Shown piece after piece: positions 41,101 to 53,100 of a DNA stretch of 64,000 nt. Source of the stretch: Mytilus californianus (taxonomy: Eukaryota); assembly GCF_021869535.1 (NCBI RefSeq), contig NW_026262723.1, positions 74,276,001-74,340,000 on the forward strand, in the 5' to 3' direction. Each line of letters opens with the position of its first letter. Positions within the stretch are counted from its first letter, which is position 1. Both the position numbers and the translations under genes were made by a program. The notes under the pieces were generated by a model, which worked only from the letters and a program-made list of their open reading frames with translations, did not search any database and had not been told where the DNA came from.

Positions 41101-44100
41101 AACACAAAAAGTTTCGCGGAATTTTACCTTATTTCATAAATGTGCATTTTTATGTCCCCGCCGTAGCAAAGAGGGCATTGAATTTTATCCTTGTCTGTTT
41201 GTACGTCCATCCGAATATACGAATCATAGTGTACGTCCGTTTTTACAAAATTGGTTTCCATTCTCTAACTTTAGTTTGCCTCAACCAACTGATATAAAAC
41301 TTATGCACAATGTTTTTTACCACAAAAACACAGAATAAATATAAATTTTGATGTCGTCACTTTTTACAGTTCTAGATTTATGAGGGGTCGGACAGGGGAT
41401 ACCTTTCTCCTTTCTTCCGTCCCCTCTCTCTTGTCTCCCGCCGTAAATCCTAAAAAAAAAACTAATGTATGGGAAGCTCATTTCAATAGAAATCGATCCA
41501 ATATCTTGTGTTTTTAAATTTATGGCTTGTCCCCGTCTTGTCCTTTCACAAGATAGACATGTTGTTTATTCTGCTTCAAGAAGTTGAACCCCGATAACTT
41601 TTTCATTGACTGTTAAGGTGTCTCTTTCATTGAATTTGTAATTCTGATGCACGCCGTTTCCAATTTTTTATAAAGTATAAATACAAATTATAGAAACGCA
41701 GGATTGAGTGAAAAACAGCACATTTTTGTGACACTTTTAGTCAATTTCGTTTAAAATGATTGGAATTTACATAATACGTCAGGTGTTTTACTTGTTTTCT
41801 ATGAGGATGCATATATACATTCCCAGAAATTATTATTGCATATTTTTTACGAATGACAGAATGTTGAACTTGGTCTTTTCAAATGTATAATTTGCAAGGT
41901 TTGTCTGCAAATACGCACACAACCCACACAACCCACACGTTTACATCATGCGAAATAAATGTTATTTTATCAATCACTTTTACAAAGGCTGACGGAATGT
42001 TTCTAATAGTAATTTTTTGTATGGATGCATTAAAAATGTGTCTTTCAGACACAACTATTGTATTGTGTCGACCTGAACATGCATGAAGTATTTGCCACCG
42101 GACATTTTACAACCTCTAATCAAACAAACTTCTATACATATCAGTCAACTTTGAATCAATGTATCTAAAAACAAGGATGACATGTGTCTCTACACATGAA
42201 CGGACTCACTATAAATCCGGGAAATTGTTAGTTTTTAGTCTTTCTCCGTATATAAGAGATCACAATGAAGTAGCGACGACGCTCGAAGTATTTGTATGAG
42301 GTCGTTTTCTGAATTTTTCGTTTCTGTTCTCTACCTTTAGTTAGCTTCAACCAAATGTTATAAAATTTAAACGTAATGCTTTATAATTTTTATGTTTATG
42401 CAAGAGGGGGCATCATCAGTGTCCCATGGACACATTCCCCATTTATTCCAAGCTATAACGTATTTTTTCTTTTTGTAATGCATTAGAATCGGAATTACAT
42501 TACTGTGGATGAAGGGTAGCCACAATCAATTTTGATTTGACGGTCGCAAATTTCCGTTTTACTGTCTCCCCTACGCATCGACAGTAAAACTGCATTTGCG
42601 AACATCAAATCGCCAATTGACGGTGGGGACTCCTCAACTACAGTGCCGTTACTCCTGTGAACTTCATTGAACTGATTTTAATTTATTGAAAGTATGTGTA
42701 AGATTTTCATATTACAGGTCTACATAACTACATTTCTTATTTTAAATATGAGCAATACATATACGGCTGGTCATTTGTATTCCCAGGCCATCGTCTGTTT
42801 CGTCTTTCATCGTGCATAGGAACATGTAGTTTGTTTGTTTGGTCAAAGACCCCAAATCTGAACATCATGTGTAACAATTGGACAAATCATACCAGTAATT
42901 TATCTTCCCCCTGCTTAGTCATAAATAGTTCATCATATTTGAATAATATTTGTTAATGTCTAGATTTAAATGAATGGAATAAACACGGCTGCTGTGAATG
43001 ACTTTACTAGTCAACACTGATGTCTTTTCATCTAATTGCTGCATACAATCAATTTACCCAACATGGGACAATAAAGCAATTTTCATTACTTTTAATGGCA
43101 ATTTGAATGCTTTCCTAAGATTAAAAATATTACAGTTTGAAGCACTGAAAGAATATAAGTGTCTCCTTCAAAATCAGAGTATTGTACATGTATTAATACA
43201 CAAGTATGACCAAAGTTAAACACCTCCCCTTCCCACTGGGACGACATCAATGTAGGAATAAAAATAAACTTAATTCACATAGTTTATTCACTGACCCCTC
43301 CCCCCTCCCCTCTCTTAACTTAATTTTGGAAAAATTGATTGACCAATATGGATATATGTAAAATCGATGTCAAATTAACAAAACTTGCAGCAACTTTTAT
43401 CCCCCCACCCCCAAACTATTTTAATTAAGTTTTTTATCCTACATTAATCTTTTGATGTTATCCCTAAGTTAATCACTGTTTTCTCTCATTGATTATGGTC
43501 AATCCCAAAGTGTTACAAGACAAAATGATTCTTTGTAAAAAGATGCTATTAAAGATGACTTTCTTCTTTGCAGATCAACAAAAAAAATATTTTTGTGTTT
43601 TACAGAAATGACAAGATGAACACATAACGCCCATTTCCGTAAAAACGAGTTCGGGGACATATCAATTTCATTAGCTCATTATAATGCAAATAGTAAAATC
43701 TTTAGGTTCACAGTTTTTTACAAAAACGGTGGACCTGCAAAAGGGATATTTTTGGCTTTTTGTTGCCATGGCAACAGGGTTTTTTTAACCAACAAATTAA
43801 AAAATCTTGTTTTTAGGAAATTTTTTATGATTTTTTTAATTAGAATTTATCATTAGTGATTGGACTACAATTATTTATACATGTTTGATTCAGTTTTATT
43901 TGGTTATAGTCACTCGCATACATTATTATTTCAGAAGAATTCAAATACAATTTTCCCTAAAAATCGTCAAAAATCGGAATTGTGAGCTTTTCACCTGAAA
44001 AAACGGGACGGGCGATGTTCGATTTTTTTTCATTAAATGATTGGGTACTCCTCCCTGAACAAAATGATGTATCATATTGGTATAATATCACTAAGAAAAG

Positions 44101-47100
44101 AGTCCAGGTTTCATGCAAACCTTACCTTAAACACAGTAATGATAAATATTTCCAGTTCTAATTGTATCGTTGAAGTATACTTTGGACAAAAATAAGCCAA
44201 CGTTCATACAATTATTCAAGACGATACATACAAAGGTTATTTTCTATAAAAAACCAGTGCTAATTTCAATGACTGAAAATGCGATAGCTGTTTAAAATGC
44301 AATATAATAAGGGCCTTATAAACTTATCACCGACAGTGGTTTTTACTGCAACTGGAGAAAATATGGAATGTTTTTGCATACTAGTATTCGACATGAATAC
44401 AACTTGTAAACATATTTTACTACTACCGGAATAGGGAAATAATTAGTAGACAGGGGAAATTTAGATAATTTAGATCCTTTTTCGAAATCTACAGAAGATT
44501 CGTTTTTCTTTACGTACTATGAAGCTTCGAATTCTCTAACTACATATTGGTACGCAGAGAGACTTTACGTGATATTACGGTAAACGTGGAACTCATGAGA
44601 GCTGAGAGCTGAGATTACGTTAAGATAAACTGTTAAAGGAGAATAATGTCCTCATGCAACAAATTTAAAGAGAAAGATCTCTCATTTAGTATTAAACTGT
44701 AACTAATGACATTTATAGACCATCGCACTTCTGCGAAGACCATCGCACTTCAGCGAAGACCATCGCACTTCAGCGTGACCATCGCACTTCAGCGTCCCCA
44801 TCGAACTTCCGAGTCCTACATATCTAATGCTTTAAGTGACAATATAAATAAGAAGATGTGGCATGAGTGCCAATGAGACAAATTTCCATCCAAGTCACAA
44901 TGTATAAAAAGTTAATTGCGTTCTCTGTTATTCCGACGATTTATTTTCTGCTTGTTGTATTAAGAAACACAGAAAAGTGAAAAACTCATTAAAAAACATT
45001 TTTTCCGAATTTTGCAATTTTGTGGATTTGTTTTTATTATATAACAATATACATTTTATTTGAAGTATATAGTGTCCAGAGTGGTTAATTACTTCTTCAT
45101 TCTTTTAGTTTGCATTTATAAAGGGTTTACAGTCAGAACTTTCATAAGAGTAGTTTTAAAGTAATGCGTAGTAATATAGTTTTATTGTACAATGAAGTAA
45201 AGATTCTAATGTAGATGTTATCATTCCCCTTTGTGCAATAAATAACAAATGAAATATAAAAGCACTTAAAAAATCATGTTTTATGTATATATGAAAAGAA
45301 GATCAAGAGGAAGTAGCTGCATCACAGAACAGTACATTACTTTAACCATATTACCTTCTGACTTGGTAGACATTTAAAAAAAATATTATAATCATGATAA
45401 TATTGTCTTGTCAAAGCATTACGTATTTTTGAGGATCAATATCTATTTATTTTAATGTTAAAGATTCGAGAATAATATTTATTTTCAGTAACTTTCGGCA
45501 GATTTTGATTTTAAAAGGTTTCTATTGTATGCTCTCCTTTGTCCGTTTTATTGTCCGGCTTGGACATAAAGGGCACCTAATCAACTCCTCCCACAGTTTT
45601 TGAAGGAACTGCTTACAATACAGGAGGACTTGAGTCTACACCAGTTTCTGGCGGGGTTATTTAGTTTCTGTGTAGTGTTTTTGTAATTTTCGTTCTTTGT
45701 CATGGTGTTGTCATTTTTTTTTTTTTTTTTTTTCGAATTATGAGTTTTAAATATGCCTTTTATATCTTCCGGTTCTTTTTTTCGATTTCCAAAAACATTA
45801 ACAAAATATTTTACCAGTTTTGTATAATCAACTCCTCTTACAGGTTTCAACACAGATCAGTTATACTTCTCAAAATGATTGTACATATATTGAAGTTGGG
45901 TACCTGCTGTAATGAAATTTGTGTTATTTATTTTTAATTTTTTTCTCTCAGACTTTGAAACTTAGTCATTTCTCAGCAAAATAACAAAAGATGGTACATG
46001 TATTGAAATTAACTCTTTCTAGTTTTCAACCCATTTTGCTGAAACTTTACAGGAAGACTGCAAACATATTTAGATTGTGCACCTCAATTTATGATTATGG
46101 CCAAGTTCGGTCAAGATTGGCTTAATATTTTCCAAGAAGAAAACGATATAATACGATTTAAAAATATTTTCACCAAAAATATTACAATTACATTGTAAAT
46201 TATCGGGATAATCCTGAAGTATGTACGTCCAAACACACAAAACGCTTCAGCGGTATGTACATATGAGTTCTCCCTCAAAATTTATCAAATATATATTTCA
46301 GTGGTTGTCGTTTGTTGATGTGGTTCATAAGTGTTTCTCGTTTCTCGTTCTTTATATAGATTAGACCGTTGGTTTTCCTGTTTGAATTGTTTTACACTAA
46401 TCATTTTTGGGCCCTTTATAGCTTGCTGTTCGGTTTGAGCCAAGGAACCGTGTTGAAGGTTGTACTTTAAACTATAATTGTTTACTTTTTACACATTGTG
46501 ACTTGGATGGAGAGTTGTCTCATTGGCACTCATATCACATCTTCTTTGTTTATATTTGTAGAGGTCTAAAACATTTAAATTCTTTAGAGGTTTTAGATTA
46601 AATACATGCTTTTGATTGTCTTTTAATTCTGTTGACAGTTATGATTTTTCTACTCTCTATACTACACTTCCACACAATCTTATCAAGAAAAGGTTTTCAT
46701 ATTTAATTGAATGGTCTTTTGAAAAATCTCATTACAAATTTATTTGCTGTAACTCGTTTAAAGCCTTTTTCTGTAACGAAAAAGGAAAGTATGCTAGATA
46801 CACTTACTGGAAATGTGAAGATATGATTGAAGCTTTAAATTTTCTCCTGGACAACATACATGTACGTTTCGGCGATAAAGTGTATCGACAAGTAGTAGGT
46901 ATTCCTATGGGCACTAACTGCGCCCCTTTAATAGCAAATTTATTCCTGTATTGCTATGAATCTCAGTTTATGACCAAAGTCAGTAAAGACACGTCATTGT
47001 TACATTTGGTTGATACATTCAACAATACTTTCCGTTATCTAGATGATATTTTTTCGTTAAATAATCCAGAGTTCTCTAAATATATTACCGAAATTTACCC

Positions 47101-50100
47101 AAAAGAACTTACTTTACACTAAATCGAACATAAACAGCAGTAGTTGTCCTTTTCTAGATTTGGACATTTCAATCTCTAAAGGAAAACTCCATACTGAAAT
47201 TTACGAGAAAAGAGACGACTTGTTAATTTTCCTTTTTTAGACGGCGATGTTCCTTTGGCTCCATCATACGGTGTTTATATATCCCAACTCGTTCGTTATG
47301 CCCGTGTGTGTAGTGATGTCATAGATTTTTACGAACGTAATCAATGCATCACTGGTAAATTATTAAGTCAGGGATTTCGTTACCATAAATTACGTAAAAT
47401 TTTACTAAATTCTTTCATAGATACAAAGATTTGATTAGTAAATTTGGCTGTACATGTAGAAAACTGATTAAAAACGGTATTTCACATCCTAAATTTTACG
47501 GTAATATTGTACTTAAAGCGCGGAAATCACTATGTGATCCGTGTAAACTCATCGAACCTTTAAACAAACCTATTAGTAAAGGTTATCTTACCAATGTTGT
47601 AATTAGATCTTTGAATATAGTTTACATTGGCACTAATATCAATTTTGTCATCAGCAAATTAAAACATAACTAAATTTGTATTCTTTTCAAACGGGATGTA
47701 TAGAGACACACCCACGTTCATTTTGATCTATAAAGAGGTTAACTCCTAACTATCCTTCTGCCTGTCGATACATTTATTTTTGGCATTGCGAGTACTCATA
47801 AATCGTACTTTCTTGTTTATTTGACCTGTTGATACTAATTGTAATGCTTTTTTGTTATTCAGGGTTATATCTGGTCTATATACCAGCTTTGATAAGTGTT
47901 TGGTATTACTATAAATTTTCACTTCTTCGTACTATAAACATCAACATTATTTACTTTGTAAAAATATTTCCTTTCTCTATTTGAACTGTACACATATACC
48001 TAACAACAAAATTATTTTCTTTTACCTTTGTTTAAAGTAATTGCAAATGACTGATATTTTTGTTCAAGCATATTGTTTTTCTTTAATTGTTTAACATTTT
48101 ACAGCGGTATAACATGTTACTTGTATTATTCTTCCCTTAGTTTATTTATTTTGTATTTACATTGTATCATAGATCAAATTTATTTGTTCAGTGTATGTTC
48201 ACTGGTGTTAATATGTCTTTTGATTGAGTTAAGCCATTTCAATTGATACTTTATAGTGTGTCTTTCTGTGTTGTGATGTTACACTATTGTTTCAGATAAG
48301 GGTGAAGGTTTGGTACCATTAAAACGTTTAAACCCGCTGCAATTGTTTGCACCTGTCCTAAGTCAGGAATCTGATGTTCAGATTAGACCGTTGGTTTTCC
48401 CGTTTGAATGGTTTTACACTAGTAATTTTTGGGGCGGTGTGAGCCAAGGCTCCGTGTTGAAGACCATACTTTGACCTATAATGGTTTACTTTTATTAATT
48501 TTAACTTGGATGGAGAGTTGTCTCATTGGCACTCATACCACATCTTCTTATATCTATGATTGAGTATGAAAATTTGCAAAAATTTGAAAAGATAAAATCC
48601 TAGTACATAAATGTATATCATAACTCCAGTTTCTTGATTAAACATAATTTGTAAATCAGACTTTGTAAAACGTCACCAGCGTCTGAGCAAAAAGTTGATG
48701 AACCAGGGGTATGTCAAAGAACGTCTCGTCCCTTTTCTAAAAAAGTTCATCGGAAGGTACCAAGACCTTGTTGATAAATATTCTGTATCAACTTCACAAA
48801 TAATACATGATGGTCTTGAAGTATAGATGCTGCGTACTGACGATGTTTATCATCTTAATAACGTGTTAAGTGTTCTTTTATTTGTCTTTATTAATATTAC
48901 TTTTACTGTTTGGACTGTTTTTGGTGATATACATTTTACGTGGCTCTGTACTTATGTATCCCGTCATTGTGTTGTTTGTATTATTTTTCATTTTTACTTG
49001 TGTGCTTTGTCCGTGTGACTTTTTATGTTTCTTTGATACATATGACGTATCTCTGTACTTCAAACATCCCGGCATTGTGTTATTGTTCTATTATAATGTT
49101 TGCATACTTTAACGACAAAATTATTTTATATCTCTACCTGTGTGACGTTTACCTGCTGACGTCAAACACGCGATTCTACGCCAGAGTTAATGTTAAAATG
49201 ACGATTCGGTCCCAGTGCTTAAAATCACTCGATCCTTTATGGTTTGATTTGGCAAACATAAATAAAATACAAAAATAAGTAAGCAACGAACGAGGTTGTA
49301 AAATGTGATATATGCTTTTTTGTGCTTCTTTGTTAAATATTTGTTTGTTTTTGTTGTGATTAAGATGTGCTATAAAATTGAAACTGCCTAATAAATACAG
49401 GTAGCTCTTTTTAGAGAAAAAAAACCCGATAGAATGAATACTTTATTCAAACGATTATATTTGGAGTGATATTAAAAATATATAGATAGATTATACTACA
49501 TGTACATTTGTACAAAGATAAATGATATTTATAAAGATAGATGTTAATTATTAATAATGTGAGTTTTTTTTTTTCTCATTTGCTTTTTCCCCGACAAATG
49601 AGCATGTAAAAATCGGGGACCCCATTGTTGCTTACCTGGGCAACATAGGGTTGATGTAACAGGTGATTATTAATAAAATATGTTTAAAATTAAAAAAAAA
49701 AAAAAGATTGTGACACGGTATTGACTGCTGTACCCCTATTTTGACTTTTTACCTATTATGTCTGTTTGTTTTATTCACGCATTGTTGTCAATATAATGGA
49801 ATTTGATGCGACTGTCATACAAGTGAGAGGTTTAGCGCTATAAAACCAGGTTCAATAACCATTTTTTACATAAGAAAATGCCTGTACCAAGTCAGGAATA
49901 TGACAGTTGTTGTCCATTCGTTTGATGTGTTTGTGCTTTTGATTTTGCCATTTGATTAGGGACTTTCCGTTTTGAATTTTCCTCGGAGTTCAGTATTTTT
50001 GTGATTTAACACTTTGCCTGAAATTATATTTGTCCAATCAATCGGTAACCACAACTAAAAGATTATTTTGTTTTGCAGACCAGTCTTTAAGGTAGTATTT

Positions 50101-53100
50101 TCACTGAAAGATTTTCTCTATCCATAATTGTTTTCAAGATATTTAACTATTATCCAAATTTTACTCCCATGTTCTATTTCATGCAACGACAACCATATTT
50201 TGGACGATTTTCATCGGAGACACCCTAACTTTGATTATGGACAAGTTCGGTTCGGATTAGCTTAATGATTTCACAGTAGAAAATTTTAAAAAAGGATCAA
50301 AGACTGAAATTTTGGTGAAGTCTTACTTTGTTGCCAATTACGGAATGATGGGGAAAACTTCTCACTCAATTCCATAAAAACAGGTGCCCATTTACAGAAT
50401 GTCTGCAAACTTCATGTGAATTTTCAGGTATATGGATTGATATTTGTTAGATGAGTTGATTACACAAATAAAGTACCTACGTTTCCCCGCCCATCTGCCC
50501 GGTTTGGACTCCTTCTAACTTGGCCAAACATTATTGACGACGATAGACGACGAAGAACGTCAATTTATGACAATATCTTACCTGACACTATCCACTTTAA
50601 GCCAAAAGGACAAGGATTTCAACAAATTCAGGTCACCGTACAGCCTTCAACAACGAGCAAAGCCCTAACAGTATAGTAAATTATAAAAGACCACGGATAA
50701 CTAAAAGTGAAATAAGACAACATTGAAAAATGAATGCCTGATTTAAGACGGTATTCAAAGTCAACCACTAGAATACAGGTGTTCCTGGCTTAGAACATAT
50801 ACATAATGAATGTTAATGCGCTCTCAACCTTCCTGTGAACACCCATACACTGTAAAACTCGGTTGTAAAGTTGACTCGTCAGATCGGTACGTAGCATAAA
50901 AACAGCAACAAGACATAAGACACAAAGCACCATTTTTCCAAGTATAATATATCAATCAAAACAAATCCAACACATTTTTTGTAGAGACGCCGTAAGTAGT
51001 CAGGGGAATGCATGACCTTGTTCAGCGGCAAACTATAGTATCTACAGGATAAAGTGAAAACTAAATAGCAAGTTTACTTATGTATTCATCTATTGAAAAT
51101 AAACTATATCATGTTAGTACAAATAAAAACCCCGTTCTAAGATTTACATCAACGTTTGATTGATAACTTTTAAAAGTAAGTTTATTCAAAGGATAAATAA
51201 GTTAACATGATTGTATCTGAATTAAAAAGTTCTATAAACTACATCACCGTAAAATTATGACGCGATATTTCGATGGTATTTTGGCCCTGAATTAAACGTA
51301 CTTTAGGTTGTCTCTGGTTTTCAGAATCAGTTACGTTAAAAGGTAACAATTCTACTGCACCAGATGTGGATTTCAGCAAGTGATGTCTCTCGAACCCCCC
51401 GCAAAAAATATTTAAATCCAAAACCAAATATATTTACTACGTTGACGAGCTAATGTTACAGCAAATGAACGAAGTATAACCCGAATCCTTACACGGGATC
51501 AAAGCTATGCTTCAGGGAGATGCATTCTTTTTTATTTCAAATTAATTCCTAATTCTTTAACAGAAAATTTCTATAATATAATACCTGTAGCATTATTATA
51601 GTACTGAAGTACTGTGCTATTGACCTGGTGATAAAATGCTGAATCTGTATACTTTAATAAAGTATTGCAGTTTTTGTTAAAAATGTATCTTTTTGTCGGT
51701 TAGACAACAATAAAATGACAGTAAATTCAGTAAAATTGTCAAATAAACACAATCGTGAATATTTGACTCACAAAATCTTGAAAATGATAAATTGCACACC
51801 GCTGATCCAAAAAAATATTCATACAAGAAGTGTGTTAGGCACTCCATATGCATGTAAATTAAAACCCATTTGAAAGTCAAATACAAAACTTCCTAAGATC
51901 CGTAAAATATTATATAAGATAAGTTACATCTTCTAGACGATAAATTTAAGTTATTACTTCAGATTATTCATTAACATTAAATAGAGATTTTTTTGTCCAA
52001 CTTGTTCACGTTATATTACAACGTGATTTATTAAATGCCAAACTTTGCAATGTGGTTTTGGTAATACGCAATCAATATGCAATTCCAAATAAAAACACAA
52101 TTTGGTACAAATAGTACACAGCCATTATTAAACTGTTTGTCACTGAATTGTCAAAATTGATAATACTCTAACAAAAATCTTTTTACAGACTGAAGACATC
52201 ACAGTATTACTAAACACTGAAACAACAATGATAATCACTTTAACTACCGGAAGTAATGTGCAGAGTGAGTGGAAAATAAAAAATGATAGTGTATTAAGCA
52301 AAATTTGTACAGGATCCGTTAGAGAAATCAACATAAGTACAATATTTGATGTTCCAAAAGTGTACAACATTACCGTCATGGTATGGAACTCCTTAAGTGG
52401 CCCTAAGCATATAACAGTATTTGTTGAGGTACTGCGTCCTGTCGAAGGATTTGACATTGTAACAAACGTCCAAAATGATACATCGTTTGGTACAGATCAT
52501 GGTCCAGTTATGTATCAGATAACCCTAGATAGCTTGGACAGGTTGCCGATGGGAAAACTTAATTTTGAGCTATTCTATAATGATATTATTGTATTAACAA
52601 TGGGCTTGGATAATGAAACCGATCTTGTAAGTACAGGTGTAAAGCTGTCTTATCAGTCTATGACAGAAAATGACTACATTGTGGAAGCTAAAATTTCATC
52701 TACGATAGACAGACAGTCCTTTTTATTCAATCTAACAATTTGGAATAATATAACGTTCCCGTCAATTAAAACAATTGCTGGAATCAATATGGAAATATTT
52801 ATCACAAACTACAAATTGAACACGCAGAGGTATGAATATATGATAGATTACGGTAACGGCGATGTGAAACAAAATGATCCCGATATTTTGATAACCGGAA
52901 GACAATCATTCTGGTCCTACAATTACACTACCGATGGAACATACAACATCACGATATTTGTCACAAATCCACTTTATAGTTATTCATTTGTTAAAACTAT
53001 TGACATTCAAAATCCAGTTCCAGAACTTAATATTGAGCCAAGCCTGACAACATATCCAAACTATTTCCCTTTACTAGAAGGTGGAGCAGTTTTTACCATC

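Noticed and set aside
48291-48400. Pseudo-LTR motif as a canonical HDV-like or hammerhead ribozyme
   Set aside because: The CCTG-TCCYAAGT-CAGG hairpin recalls HDV P3/L3, but there is no conserved GG after P1, no G-U first pair and no downstream P2 partner. CTGATG is followed by T and there is no GAAA, so it is not a hammerhead core.
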